Part shown: positions 1-10,351 of the stretch, in pieces
Numbering within the stretch: the stretch's first letter is position 1
Layout of the letters: each line of letters starts with the position of its first letter
NCBI GenBank assembly: GCA_039803745.1
Contig: JBDRZD010000001.1
Location: 2,146-66,145, forward strand
Length of the DNA: 64,000 nucleotides
DNA from: a candidate division WOR-3 bacterium
GTDB taxonomy: Bacteria > Hydrothermota > Hydrothermia > Hydrothermales > Hydrothermaceae
Direction of reading: 5' to 3'
Position numbers and translations under genes: made by a program
The notes under the pieces: model-generated
Seen by the model: the letters and a program-made list of their open reading frames with translations, nothing else
Databases searched by the model: none
What the model was told of the DNA's origin: nothing

Positions 1-1155
1 CGCTATTTCACCAACAGAGAATGGTGGAAAATTATAGTGAAGCATAAATCTTTTTGTTTCTTCTCCTTCAAGTTCTGAAAGCCTTTGCTCATCCTCCTTT
101 GTTCCAAGTGTTGTAACCACCATTGCCTGCGTTTCACCTCTTGTAAAGAGTGCTGAGCCATGGGTTCTTGGCAAAATTCCAATCTCACAACTTATTGCTC
201 TTATATCATCCTCTTTTCTTCCATCCATTCTTATTCTATCTTTTATTATTTTTTCCCTTACAATTTTTCTTTCAAATTCAAAAATTGCATGCATTATCTC
301 CTTTTCTTTCTCAGGGAAAATAGTAATTAAATTTTTTATTATTTTTTCCTCTAATTCCTGTAAAGCTTTATTTCTTATCTTTTTTTCTTGAATAAAGAGA
401 GCATCTTCTAACTCATTTTTATATTCCTTTATTCTTTCATATATTTCATCTTGAACAATAATTCTCTGTCCTTCCTTTTTATCTATCTGCAATCTATTTT
501 TTAATATATTCTGGGCTTCTATAATTTCATCTATATAAGGCATTGCAAATTTCACTGCCTTTATTATTATCTCCTCATCTATTTCTTTTCCATGAAATTC
601 AATCATCCCTATTTCCCCATTCTTTCCTGCAATAAGCAAATTAAACTTACTTTTTTCAAGTAAAGATTTTTTAGGATTTATTATAAATTCATCATCAATC
701 ATCCCTACTCTTACAGCACCTATGGGACCTTCAAATGGTATATCAGAGATTGTTAATGCACAGGAAGCGCCTATTATTCCAAGTAAATCTCCTTCATATT
801 CCATATCATAGGAGAGTAAATAGGCAACAACTTCAATATCTTCAATGAAATTTTTAGGGAAATGGGGTCTTATTGCCCTATCAATTGCCCTTCCATATAT
901 TATCTCTCTATCTCTTGGCTTCCCTTCTCTTTTGAAAAATCCGCCCGGAATTTTACCTGCTGCATATGTTTGCTCTCTATATTCAACAAGGAGTGGAAGG
1001 AAATCCCTCTTTTCCTCGGTTTCTTTTGCAACACAGGTAATAAGCAATACATTATCTCCATATCTTAGAAGGACACTTGAATCTGATTGCCTTGCAACCT
1101 TATTTACTTCAAAAACAAGTTCCTCTTCCCCTATTTTTATCTTTATACTTTCCAT
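1..1155 (-). CDS. pnp: Polynucleotide phosphorylase (PNPase), N-terminal part; the gene continues beyond the left edge
   Basis: My own reverse-strand translation from the ATG at 1153-1155 gives MESIKIKIGEEELVFEVNKVARQSDSSVLLRYGDNVLLITCVAKE...EYREQTYAAGKIPGGFFKREGKPRDREI... The GKIPGGFFKREG motif is a PNPase hallmark. It lies 3 nt downstream of rpsO, as in the canonical rpsO-pnp pair. It is absent from the ORF track only because there is no stop codon inside the window. Confidence 0.85.
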   Translation of the reverse strand, partial: MESIKIKIGEEELVFEVNKVARQSDSSVLLRYGDNVLLITCVAKETEEKRDFLPLLVEYREQTYAAGKIPGGFFKREGKPRDREIIYGRAIDRAIRPHFPKNFIEDIEVVAYLLSYDMEYEGDLLGIIGASCALTISDIPFEGPIGAVRVGMIDDEFIINPKKSLLEKSKFNLLIAGKNGEIGMIEFHGKEIDEEIIIKAVKFAMPYIDEIIEAQNILKNRLQIDKKEGQRIIVQDEIYERIKEYKNELEDALFIQEKKIRNKALQELEEKIIKNLITIFPEKEKEIMHAIFEFERKIVREKIIKDRIRMDGRKEDDIRAISCEIGILPRTHGSALFTRGETQAMVVTTLGTKEDEQRLSELEGEETKRFMLHYNFPPFSVGEIA

Positions 1156-1158
1156 ATT

Positions 1159-1419
1159 TTAAATTCTTCTTAATTTTTGTAAAAGTTCTTTATATCTTTT
1201 AAAATCTTTATCTTTCAAATATCTTAAAAGTCTTCTTCTCTTCCCAACAAGTTTAATCAGGCCATACCTTGAATGTATATCCTTTTTATGTATTTTCAAA
1301 TGAGATGTGAGTTCTCTTATTCTCGCTGTAAGAAGAGCAATCTGAACCTCAGGAGAACCTGAATCCTTTTCATGTATTTTAAATTTCTCTATTATTTTTT
1401 GTTTTAATGCCTTTTCCAT
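1159..1419 (-). CDS. rpsO: 30S ribosomal protein S15
   Basis: 86 aa: [65 protein letters not shown]. The [17 protein letters not shown] core is typical of S15. Confidence 0.9.
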   Translation of the reverse strand: MEKALKQKIIEKFKIHEKDSGSPEVQIALLTARIRELTSHLKIHKKDIHSRYGLIKLVGKRRRLLRYLKDKDFKRYKELLQKLRRI

Positions 1420-2317
1420 ATATTGCCTCCTTTATTTTTTCTATATCCTTTTTTATTCTCTCTTTAAGTTTTTCTTCACATTTAAATTTTTGTTTTTCTC
1501 TTAAAAATTCTTTGAAAATTATTTTTATCTTCTCACCATAAATATCACCTTCATAATCAATTATATGAACCTCTAAATCTCTCTCTTTACCACCAAAAGA
1601 AGCGCTTTTCCCAACACATATTCCTCCTGGATATTTACTATCTTCTACGATCACCTCACCCATATAAACTCCTTCTTTTGGTAATATTTTTTCTTCTTTT
1701 ACTTTGATGTTCGCAGTTGGGAAACCTATTTTATTTCCGATCCCTTTCCCTTTTATAACTTCTCCTTCAATTTCATAATCCCTTCCTGCAAACTTTTTAT
1801 ACTCCTTAACTTTTCCCTCTTTTAAAATCTTTCTTAAAAGCGAACTTGATATTTTTTTATTTTCTATCTTCTCATAAGGTACAATAGTCAATATTATAGA
1901 GTTTTTCACACAGAATTCAAAGAGATAATGAATATTGCCTTCCTTCCCTTTTCCAAACAGATGATCAGGACCTGCAATCCACTTTTGTGGTGAAAACTTT
2001 TCTTTAATCTTTAATAAAAATTCTTTGTGAGATAAATTTTTAAAGGATTCGTTGAATTTCAGGAATAAAATATAATCAATATCAAAATTTTTAATTATTT
2101 CTATTTTCTCTTTTTCATCTGTGAGTATGAAATCTTTTTTTGATTCAATAAATACTCTCGGGTGAGGTGAAAAGGTTATTATCATATTTGGTTTTTCCTT
2201 TACAAGTTCTTTAATTATTTTTAAATGTCCAAGATGTACTCCATCAAAACATCCAACTGTTAATGCTTTTACTTTAATTTTTCCTATTCTGTCAAAGTCC
2301 TCAAAAATAACATTCAT
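1379..2317 (-). CDS. ribF: Bifunctional riboflavin kinase / FMN adenylyltransferase
   Basis: 312 aa. N-terminal [15 protein letters not shown] nucleotidyltransferase motif and a C-terminal riboflavin-kinase-like region (GFPTANI...). Overlaps rpsO by 41 nt. Confidence 0.85.
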   Translation of the reverse strand: MNVIFEDFDRIGKIKVKALTVGCFDGVHLGHLKIIKELVKEKPNMIITFSPHPRVFIESKKDFILTDEKEKIEIIKNFDIDYILFLKFNESFKNLSHKEFLLKIKEKFSPQKWIAGPDHLFGKGKEGNIHYLFEFCVKNSIILTIVPYEKIENKKISSSLLRKILKEGKVKEYKKFAGRDYEIEGEVIKGKGIGNKIGFPTANIKVKEEKILPKEGVYMGEVIVEDSKYPGGICVGKSASFGGKERDLEVHIIDYEGDIYGEKIKIIFKEFLREKQKFKCEEKLKERIKKDIEKIKEAIYGKGIKTKNNREI

Positions 2318-3192
2318 TCTTTAAATATTATTCTTTTTGGTAATAGTTTATTATCTGCATACTGTCCAATGCCTATGAATTTCCCTTCATTATCATAAAC
2401 CCTTATATAGGAAAACTGTTTTATTCCATGAGAAAATTTCATGAAAGCACTTATTTTTAATGTACTCCCTTTTTTAAAATTGATTGTTCCTTTTTCTTTA
2501 AGCCATATTTCAGGAAAATGTAAAACTCCATAATCTATTGGCATTATTTTTTCTTCAATATTATCTGTTTTTTCATCTATTGCATCTTTTATTGAAAAAT
2601 GGCCAACTCTTTCCCTTACGAGTTCTTTTACAATTCCGAAAGTTCCAATTCTTTCTCCAATTTCCTTCGCAAGACTCCTTACATATGTCCCCTTTGAACA
2701 TTTTATTCTCAATTTACACTCTGGTAGAGAATATTCAAGTAATTCTATTTCTCTTATATAAACTTTCTTTGATTTTGTTTTGAGTAAAATACCTTCCCTT
2801 GCCAATTCATAAAGCCTTTTCCCCTTTCTTTTGACTGCTGAAAAGGGTGGAGGAGTCTGCTCTATATAGCCTTCAAATTCCTTAAGTATTTTTACAAAAT
2901 CCTCTCTTTTAACTTCAGGAACTTCTTTTTTCATTATTATATTTCCTGTTATATCCCATGTATCTGTTAAAACTCCAAAAAGTAATTTTGCTACATAAAC
3001 CTTTTCAAGTTCCATCACAAAGGGTAAAAGCCTTGTTGCCTTCCCGAGACCAATTACCACAACACCTTCTGCATTGGGATCAAGATTTCCTGCATGTCCG
3101 ATCTTTTTTTCTTTTATTTTATTTTTTAAAAATCTTATGCAATCGTATGTTGTCCATCCCTTTGGTTTATTAAAATTAATGAATCCATCCAT
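2314..3192 (-). CDS. truB: tRNA pseudouridine(55) synthase
   Basis: 292 aa, with GWTTYDCI...GHAGNLDPNAEGVVVIGLGKATRL (TruB catalytic Asp motif). Overlaps ribF by 4 nt. Confidence 0.85.
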   Translation of the reverse strand: MDGFINFNKPKGWTTYDCIRFLKNKIKEKKIGHAGNLDPNAEGVVVIGLGKATRLLPFVMELEKVYVAKLLFGVLTDTWDITGNIIMKKEVPEVKREDFVKILKEFEGYIEQTPPPFSAVKRKGKRLYELAREGILLKTKSKKVYIREIELLEYSLPECKLRIKCSKGTYVRSLAKEIGERIGTFGIVKELVRERVGHFSIKDAIDEKTDNIEEKIMPIDYGVLHFPEIWLKEKGTINFKKGSTLKISAFMKFSHGIKQFSYIRVYDNEGKFIGIGQYADNKLLPKRIIFKE

Positions 3193-3493
3193 CTTTTTCT
3201 CTTTCCTCTACCTTTCTAAATTCAATCTCTGGAAGTTCTCTTATGAATACCATTTTGCTTATTTTCTTTTTTATATACCCTGCCGCCTTTTTTAATGCTT
3301 TTCCAATATCCTCTTCTTTACCTTCCTTTATTATTGAATAATAAACTGTTGCTTTTTTTAGATCTGAAGAAACTTCAACATTATAAATCCATATATTATT
3401 AAGCCTTGGATCATTTATTTTGTTTCTGAATATTTCAGATATTACTTCAAGTAAAAGCGGACCTATTCTTTCGCTCCTTTTATAGGGTTTCAT
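3176..3493 (-). CDS. rbfA: Ribosome-binding factor A
   Basis: 105 aa: MKPYKRSERIGPLLLEVISEIF...DPRL..IWIYNVEVSSDLK.ATVYY, typical of RbfA. Sits in the conserved infB-rbfA-truB order. Confidence 0.8.
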   Translation of the reverse strand: MKPYKRSERIGPLLLEVISEIFRNKINDPRLNNIWIYNVEVSSDLKKATVYYSIIKEGKEEDIGKALKKAAGYIKKKISKMVFIRELPEIEFRKVEEREKDGWIH

Positions 3494-3494
3494 G

Positions 3495-3776
3495 TTAAAA
3501 GTATTCTTTTTTAAAATCGATCAATTCAAATTCATTTTTTTCTTTTAAAAAGTTAAAAATTTTTTGTATCTTTTTATCAAGGCTGGTTAAGTCTTTGCCC
3601 ACTATTCCTATCAAAAATTTGCTTCTCTGCCATAAATCTTCGTAATCCACTTCACTTATTGAAATATTAAAATTATTTCTTAAAGTATCTTTTAAACTGT
3701 TTATTATCTTTCTTTTTTCTTTCAAATTATTTACACCGTTTAAAAAAATCTCAAATGTGATTTTTGCTGCTATCAT
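3495..3776 (-). CDS. DUF503 (YlxP-like) small protein
   Basis: 93 aa starting MIAAKITFEI.... Size and position between infB and rbfA match DUF503 proteins. Confidence 0.55.
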   Translation of the reverse strand: MIAAKITFEIFLNGVNNLKEKRKIINSLKDTLRNNFNISISEVDYEDLWQRSKFLIGIVGKDLTSLDKKIQKIFNFLKEKNEFELIDFKKEYF

Positions 3777-5913
3777 CCAGTTTTTTTTCTATTTTGATTT
3801 CTTCGTAGGCTTCAATTATGTCTCCCTCTTTTATTCCGTCAAATCCCTTAAATTTTATACCGCAGTCATATCCTTCAATTACTTCTCTTACATTCTCCTG
3901 AAATCTTTTTAATGATTCTATTTCTCCCTCAAAAATATTCTCTCCATCTCTTATTATTTTTATTTTTGAGTCCCTTTTAATTTTACCTTTTAAAACGATG
4001 CATCCTGCAACTTTTCCCACCCCTGATATTTTAAATACTCTCTTTATTTCTGCTTCTCCTATCTTTTCATATTTTATTTCCGGCTCAAGTAATCCCTCAA
4101 GAAGTTTTCTTACTTCATCTATTACATCATATATTAATCTATATTCTTTTATAACCACTCTTTCCCTTTTTGCTGCCTCTTTTGCCTTTAAATCAATTCC
4201 TGTATTAAAGGCAATTATTATTCCCTTTGATGCCTGTGCAAGTAGCACATCCGATTCTGTTACAACACCAACTCCTTTATGAATTATGAGTGTCCTTACC
4301 TCTTCATATTCAAGTTTTGATAATACATCTGAGAGGGCATCAGCAGAACCCTGACAATCTGCTTTAATTATAATTGGTAATTCTTTTAACTCACCTTTTT
4401 TTATTTTTTCCTGTATATCTGTAAGGGCTCTATAAAGTTCACCCTTTTTTATCTGCTCTCTTTTTAAGATTTTCTTTTCCTCTGCAACTCTTTTTGCTTC
4501 TTTTTCATCATCAAAAGCAATTAGGATATCACCAGCCTCAGGGAGTTCTTCAAAACCCTGAATTAAAACAGGCGTTGAAGGAAATGCTTCATATATTTTT
4601 TCTCCCCACTCGTTATACATTGCTCTTACTTTACCATATGCAGTTCCTGCAACAATAGGATCCCCTATTTTCAATTTTCCCTCCTGAACTATGCATGTTG
4701 CAACAGGTCCTTTACCTTTATCAAGTTTTGATTCAAGTATAACTCCCTTTGCATTTCCTTCAAAGGATGCAAAAAGTCCTATTTCTTCAGCTTTTACAAG
4801 TATCGCTTCAAGAAGTTCATCAATACCATCCCCTCTTAATGCAGAGATATTTACTGTTATTGTATCTCCTCCCCAATCTTCAGGAACTATTCCGATATCG
4901 CATAACTCTTTCTTTACAAGTTCTGGATTTGCAGTTGGTAAATCAATTTTATTTATTGCAACTATTATTGGAACTTTTGCTGCCCTTGCATGAGATATTG
5001 CCTCTATTGTTTGCTCTTTTACCCCTTCATTTGCTGCTACAACAAGTAAAGCAATATCAGTGATTTGAGCACCTCTTGCTCTTAACGCTGTGAAGGCTTC
5101 ATGGCCTGGTGTATCTATAAAAGTTATTTTTTCACCATGATGCTCCACCTGATATGCACCTATATGCTGTGTTATTTTCCCATATTCTTTTGCAGCAACA
5201 TCTGTTTTTCTAATATAGTCAAGCAATGTAGTCTTTCCATGGTCAACATGCCCCATAACAGTTACAACCGGTGGTCTTTTCTTAATTTCTCCCTTTTTTG
5301 ATATTTCTTTTATTTCCTCAAATTTTACTATCTCTGTTTCATATCCAAAATCTTCTGCAATCAATGTTATTGTATCTATATCAATTACCTGGTTCATTGA
5401 AACAAATAATCCCATGTTAATGCATTTTTGAATTATCACACTCGGGGCAACACCAAGCATCTTTGCAAGTTCGTAGGCTGTTAATGGTCCTGGAATTTTC
5501 AAAATCTTTTTCTCCGGGACTATCACTTTTTCCTCATCTTCCTTTTTATATCTTTTCCTTGGTTTTATCCCCTCAATTACAGCCATTGTCTTTTTGATCT
5601 TTTCTTCAACCTTTCTTTCATCCACTTTTTTTATCTTCTCCTTTTTTTCTTCTTCTGAGGGTGCCTTAATTCCGAGAATTTCTATCTTTCTCTTTAAACT
5701 CTCCTCTTCCTTTTTCTTTTCCTCTTCTATTTTTTCTCTTATTTTTTCCTGAGCCTCCTTACTTACTATACTCCTTATCGATCTTACAGGATACCCTATT
5801 GATTTTAACAATTCCTTTACTGCTTTTGAAGAAAGTCCTAACTCTTCCGCAAGTTTTGTTACGCTCTTACCTTCTTTTTTGTTTACTTCTTTTTCCTTCT
5901 TTTTTTCTTTCAT
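3751..5913 (-). CDS. infB: Translation initiation factor IF-2
   Basis: 720 aa. Lys/Glu-rich N-terminus, then a GTPase domain (VTVMGHVDHGKTTLLD, DTPGHEAF, NKID) and IF-2 C-terminal domains. Confidence 0.9.
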   Translation of the reverse strand: MKEKKKEKEVNKKEGKSVTKLAEELGLSSKAVKELLKSIGYPVRSIRSIVSKEAQEKIREKIEEEKKKEEESLKRKIEILGIKAPSEEEKKEKIKKVDERKVEEKIKKTMAVIEGIKPRKRYKKEDEEKVIVPEKKILKIPGPLTAYELAKMLGVAPSVIIQKCINMGLFVSMNQVIDIDTITLIAEDFGYETEIVKFEEIKEISKKGEIKKRPPVVTVMGHVDHGKTTLLDYIRKTDVAAKEYGKITQHIGAYQVEHHGEKITFIDTPGHEAFTALRARGAQITDIALLVVAANEGVKEQTIEAISHARAAKVPIIVAINKIDLPTANPELVKKELCDIGIVPEDWGGDTITVNISALRGDGIDELLEAILVKAEEIGLFASFEGNAKGVILESKLDKGKGPVATCIVQEGKLKIGDPIVAGTAYGKVRAMYNEWGEKIYEAFPSTPVLIQGFEELPEAGDILIAFDDEKEAKRVAEEKKILKREQIKKGELYRALTDIQEKIKKGELKELPIIIKADCQGSADALSDVLSKLEYEEVRTLIIHKGVGVVTESDVLLAQASKGIIIAFNTGIDLKAKEAAKRERVVIKEYRLIYDVIDEVRKLLEGLLEPEIKYEKIGEAEIKRVFKISGVGKVAGCIVLKGKIKRDSKIKIIRDGENIFEGEIESLKRFQENVREVIEGYDCGIKFKGFDGIKEGDIIEAYEEIKIEKKLDDSSKNHI

Positions 5914-7127
5914 TCAAAAACTTCTTTATTTTCTTTAATTATCCTTTCAATTTCTTCTTCGGATATAAGTTTTGAACTTTTGATTCTTCCAATAAGTTCT
6001 TCAATTGAAAATACACCATCCACTTCTTTAAGGAGGCTTGCTTTTATCTCTTCATCAAGTTTTAATTTTTCAATTGAGATCTTTTTCTTTCCTACATACT
6101 CACTTTGTGAAACAACCCATATTTCTTTTCCCACAAGTGCTGAAGCAAGTAAAACATTTTGTGAAGCAGTTCCCTTCGCCACTTTTATTTCTTCATCGGG
6201 AACAATTGCTATTATTTTTTCTTCACTTTCAAATACATTCATAGGATGTGCAGGTGAAAGAGCTCTTGCTGCAAATGTAAGGATATCAGGATCCCATTTT
6301 ATTATATCTATCTTCTCACCAGAAAGTTCTTTTGTAATAACTTGGATTCTTGTTCCTTTAATTCCTACACATGCTCCAAGTGGGTCAATCTTTTCATCTT
6401 TTGAATGGACAGCAACCTTTGCTCTTTCTCCTGGAAAACGTGCAATTCCTTTTATTTCAATAAGTCCTTCCATAAGCTCGGGTATCTCCATTTTCATTAA
6501 TTCTTTCAAAAAGTTTGGATGCGTCCTTGATAGTTTTACGAATGGTCTTTTCCCTTTTGTCTCAACTTCAATTATCAAAGCCTTTATATTTTGACCCGGT
6601 CTATACTTCTCCTTTTTGATTTGCTCTTCAGGAGGTAAAAAACCCTCAACTTTTCCAAGTCCCACATATATTCCTGTCTTATCAACTTTTTGAACCATCC
6701 CAGTTATTATTTCTCCGATTCTGTCTTCAAATCCTTTATAAATATGCTGCTTTTCAGCTTCCTGAATCTTTTGTAAAAAGATCTGTTTCATTCTTAAAAT
6801 AACACTTCTTCCTATCTCACTTTTTAGATCAATAGGAACTTTTATTTTTATTCCCGGAACAGGAAATGGATAATACTCCTTGGCATTTTCAACTTCAATC
6901 TGATACCTCGGATCAAAAACTTCTTTAACAACTTCCTTTTCTACATTTATTTCTATTTTTCCTGTTTTTCCATCAATTTCCACCTCTATAGGATAATTTG
7001 GATCCCTATAAACCCTTCTTATTGCAAATATGAATGACTCCCTTAAAGAGTTTATAACAAATTCTCTATCAAGACCTCTTGTTCTTGTAATTTGTTCAAC
7101 AAGTTCTTTTATTTCAATACTTTCCAT
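5910..7127 (-). CDS. nusA: Transcription termination/antitermination factor NusA
   Basis: 405 aa: MESIEIKELVEQITRTRGLDREFVINSLRESF..., with S1 and KH regions (GACVGIKGTRIQ). Confidence 0.9.
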   Translation of the reverse strand: MESIEIKELVEQITRTRGLDREFVINSLRESFIFAIRRVYRDPNYPIEVEIDGKTGKIEINVEKEVVKEVFDPRYQIEVENAKEYYPFPVPGIKIKVPIDLKSEIGRSVILRMKQIFLQKIQEAEKQHIYKGFEDRIGEIITGMVQKVDKTGIYVGLGKVEGFLPPEEQIKKEKYRPGQNIKALIIEVETKGKRPFVKLSRTHPNFLKELMKMEIPELMEGLIEIKGIARFPGERAKVAVHSKDEKIDPLGACVGIKGTRIQVITKELSGEKIDIIKWDPDILTFAARALSPAHPMNVFESEEKIIAIVPDEEIKVAKGTASQNVLLASALVGKEIWVVSQSEYVGKKKISIEKLKLDEEIKASLLKEVDGVFSIEELIGRIKSSKLISEEEIERIIKENKEVFE

Positions 7128-7584
7128 AATTCTCCCATTCTATAAGTTGTGCTTTTTTTATTTCATTAAAAAAAATATAAACAATTTCCTTTTCTTTTTC
7201 AATCCCTATTTTTTCATCATTCACAAAAACAAGGGTTCCCTTTTCTTCCTTTCCCTCTCCATAAATTACCTTAATCTTTTTACCACAAGCCCATCTATAC
7301 TCCTTCTTTTTCTTTAAAATTCTATCAAGACCAGGTGAAGAAACTTCAAGAATATAATCAAGGGGAATTTCCTTTAAATGAAGAATCTCTAATATATCTT
7401 CTGCAAGTTTTTTGGTATCTTCAGCAGTCACACCCTCATTCTTATCTACAAAAACCTCTATTTTACCGCTTCTTCCCACTCCTTTCCAGTTTATATCAAC
7501 AAGAAAAAAACCCTCCTCTTTTAAAAAGGGCTCAAGAATCTCTTCAAGTTTTTTTTCAATTTCTTCCTTTTCAAACATTTCCAT
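7114..7584 (-). CDS. rimP: Ribosome maturation factor RimP
   Basis: 156 aa containing YILEVSSPGLDRIL, the RimP signature. Immediately upstream of nusA. Confidence 0.8.
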   Translation of the reverse strand: MEMFEKEEIEKKLEEILEPFLKEEGFFLVDINWKGVGRSGKIEVFVDKNEGVTAEDTKKLAEDILEILHLKEIPLDYILEVSSPGLDRILKKKKEYRWACGKKIKVIYGEGKEEKGTLVFVNDEKIGIEKEKEIVYIFFNEIKKAQLIEWENYGKY

Positions 7585-9289
7585 CTTTGCTTATTTCCTC
7601 CTTTATTTTAAAAAGTTTTTCAAAAAAATTATCTTTTTTTACATCAATTATTTCTTTCGTTTTCCTTATTCTTATTTCAATTAAATCATTCTCCAAAAAT
7701 TTTTTACCAAATGTTATCCTTACTGGAATTCCTAAAAGATCAGCATCTTTAAACTTTGTGCCGGGTGTCTCCTCTCTATCGTCCATTAATACTTCTTCAT
7801 TTTTTTCAGAAAGTTCTTTATAAATTCTTTCGCTCTCTTCCTTAATCTTTCCTTTGAATTCCACTGGAAGAATATGAAATATAAAAGGGGCTATTGAAGG
7901 GGGCCATATCATTCCATCTTCATCAGCGTATAGTTCTTGAGAAGCAGCCATTATTCTTCCCAGCCCTATTCCATAACTACCCATTATAACAGGTTTTAAT
8001 TCTCCTTTTCTATCTGTATAATAAACTCCCATTGTTTCAGAGTATCTTGTTCCAAGTTTAAAAATATGTCCAATTTCTATTGCTTTTTTAATCAAAAGTT
8101 TTTCTTTACATTTCGGGCACAAATCTTCTTCTTTTATTTTTCTTATATCAAAATATTCTTTTACTTTAAAATCAACATCCGGTGTAACACCAACTATATG
8201 ATAATTCTCTTCATTTGCGCCCACAACCCCATTTTTTATCCCTTTTATTGAATAATCCCCTATTATTTCGTCAACACTTATCCCAATAGGACCTATAAAT
8301 CCTGCTGAGACATTGAATTCATTTAATATTTCTTGAGCGCTGTATATCTCTGCATTTCTTCCAAAAATCTTTGCAAGTTTTACCTCATTTATTTCACAAT
8401 CACCCCTTATAAGAACTAAAACTTTTTTCCCGTTTATTTTAAAAAGTATGCTTTTTATTATTTCCTTTTCACTAACTCCTAAAAATTCAGAAACCTCTTT
8501 AACAGTTCTTACATTTGGTGTAAAAACTTTTTCTTTTCTTTTATATTTCCCTTCAATACTTTCATTTAAAGAATAAGCCTCTGCTATTTCTATATTTGCT
8601 GAATAGGAGCATTTAGGGCAAAATACGAGTGTATCTTCACCTGAGTCAGATTCAACCATGAATTCATGGGATTCCTTTCCTCCCATAAGTCCTGTTGATG
8701 CCTGAACCACTTTAAATATAAGCCCACATCTTCTAAATATTCTTGAATAGGCTTCATAATGCAATTCATAACTTTCATCAAGTCCTTCCCATGTGGCATC
8801 AAGAGAATAAGAATCCTTCATTGCAAATTCTCTACATCTTATTAAACCGCCTCTTGGTCTTGGCTCATCTCTAAATTTTACCTGTATCTGATACCATATC
8901 TGTGGAAGTTCTTTATATGACCTTATTTCATTTTTAACAAGTTCTGATATTATCTCTTCATGGGTTGGTGCAAGTGAAAAGTCCCTCCCTTTTCTATCCT
9001 TTAATCTGAACATATCATCACCAAAAGAATACCATCTTCCTGATGCTTCCCACAACTCTTTTGGTGTAAGTGCAGGATAATAAAATTCCTGGCCTCCTAT
9101 TCTATCCATTTCTTCCCTTATTATATTTGATATCTTCTTAAATACTCTCCATCCAAGAGGTAAAAATGTATAAATTCCTGAAGCGACCTGTCTTATAAAT
9201 CCTCCTCTTAAAAGCAAAATAAAACTCTTAACCTCTGCTTCTTTTGGATTTTCTTTTAAAGTCGGTATAAAACTTTTTCTCCACTTCAT
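7571..9289 (-). CDS. proS: Prolyl-tRNA synthetase (class II)
   Basis: 572 aa: MKWRKSFIPTLKENPKEAEVKSFILLLRGGFIRQVASGIYTFLPLGWRV..., with class-II motifs and the archaeal/bacterial ProRS C-terminal region. Confidence 0.9.
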   Translation of the reverse strand: MKWRKSFIPTLKENPKEAEVKSFILLLRGGFIRQVASGIYTFLPLGWRVFKKISNIIREEMDRIGGQEFYYPALTPKELWEASGRWYSFGDDMFRLKDRKGRDFSLAPTHEEIISELVKNEIRSYKELPQIWYQIQVKFRDEPRPRGGLIRCREFAMKDSYSLDATWEGLDESYELHYEAYSRIFRRCGLIFKVVQASTGLMGGKESHEFMVESDSGEDTLVFCPKCSYSANIEIAEAYSLNESIEGKYKRKEKVFTPNVRTVKEVSEFLGVSEKEIIKSILFKINGKKVLVLIRGDCEINEVKLAKIFGRNAEIYSAQEILNEFNVSAGFIGPIGISVDEIIGDYSIKGIKNGVVGANEENYHIVGVTPDVDFKVKEYFDIRKIKEEDLCPKCKEKLLIKKAIEIGHIFKLGTRYSETMGVYYTDRKGELKPVIMGSYGIGLGRIMAASQELYADEDGMIWPPSIAPFIFHILPVEFKGKIKEESERIYKELSEKNEEVLMDDREETPGTKFKDADLLGIPVRITFGKKFLENDLIEIRIRKTKEIIDVKKDNFFEKLFKIKEEISKDGNV

Positions 9290-9337
9290 AGTTTTTAATT
9301 TTAACTCAAATAAAGGTAAAAAATCAAAGAGAAAATC

Positions 9338-10351
9338 TCAACGGGAATTTCTTATAATTATTTTGCCATCCGAGGTTATTAATGGAGATGTAAGGGGAAA
9401 ATCTTCAAAAGATAATGATTTTATTAAATTTGCAGATTGATTCAGTGTATCTAATTCAAGAACTCCATCACTTCTTTGAATTGCAGAAATAATTTCTCCC
9501 CCAAGAAAGTTGCCTTCAAAATCCATATACACTTTTAGAATTGGTGCATAACCGCTTACCCCTTCAATATTAAAACCATATGTAAAAAAATTACCAAGAC
9601 TATAGGCAATAAGACGGTTTTTGTATACTTCAATAGCTCTTGGGACATGTGGGCCGTGTCCCCATACTAAATCAGCACCACTATCAATAACTGCATGACT
9701 GAATTTAATCAGATTACCCCTTTTTTCACCAAGATAATATTCCATTGTGTCTTTTAGATGGAGATAATCAATTCCCTCCCCACCTCCATGAAAGGAAACT
9801 ATTACAATGCCATATTCTCTTTTCTTTTCTGCAACAATTTTTGTTGCTCTTTCAATGTTTAATATTGAATTTTCGCATCTTCCAAAAGAAAAAGATAGAA
9901 TACAAATACTGATATTTTTTATATTAAATTTTCCATATTCATCACAGGTTCCATACTGTATATCCAGAGATTTTAAAATATTTATTGTAGATTCAAGACC
10001 TTCTTCTCCAAAATCATAAATGTGATTGTTATTTAGATTCACAAAATCAAATCCTGCGTCTTTAAGATAATAAGCATATCTTGTGGGAGTTCTGAAAGCG
10101 TATACTTTTCCTTTTTCAATCTTTTTACTGCAGCTCCTGCTTTCTGTTAAAGGTCCTTCAAGATTTCCAAGTGTTAAATCAGCATTTTTTAAAATATCTA
10201 TAACATTTTTAAAGATGTATTTTCCATCAGAAGGAGGAAGCCTTTTTTCAGGATAAGTTGTTCCCATCATAATATCACCAACCATTATGATGCTTAATGT
10301 ATCTGCAAAAATATTACTCCATATAAAAAGATAAAATAACATTCTTTTCAT
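9338..10351 (-). CDS. CapA/PGA_cap-family metallophosphoesterase, exported
   Basis: 337 aa. N-terminal signal peptide, MVGDIMMG motif, VSFHGGGEG and WGHGPHV motifs of the CapA calcineurin-like family. Confidence 0.7.
   Translation of the reverse strand: MKRMLFYLFIWSNIFADTLSIIMVGDIMMGTTYPEKRLPPSDGKYIFKNVIDILKNADLTLGNLEGPLTESRSCSKKIEKGKVYAFRTPTRYAYYLKDAGFDFVNLNNNHIYDFGEEGLESTINILKSLDIQYGTCDEYGKFNIKNISICILSFSFGRCENSILNIERATKIVAEKKREYGIVIVSFHGGGEGIDYLHLKDTMEYYLGEKRGNLIKFSHAVIDSGADLVWGHGPHVPRAIEVYKNRLIAYSLGNFFTYGFNIEGVSGYAPILKVYMDFEGNFLGGEIISAIQRSDGVLELDTLNQSANLIKSLSFEDFPLTSPLITSDGKIIIRNSR

Noticed and set aside
3-188. 61-aa minus-strand ORF at the left edge
   Set aside because: It lies out of frame inside the pnp coding region; my translation of the other frame gives continuous PNPase sequence. 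It is a spurious overlapping ORF.
5980-6594. 204-aa plus-strand ORF, and similar Ser/Phe/Ile/Leu-rich antisense ORFs (e.g. 4691-4993, 7335-7823, 11255-11581, 19723-20022)
   Set aside because: They are antisense to well-supported genes (nusA, infB, rimP/proS, the amidase fusion, ppdK), have low-complexity composition typical of reverse-frame translation of AT-rich coding DNA, and have no motifs.
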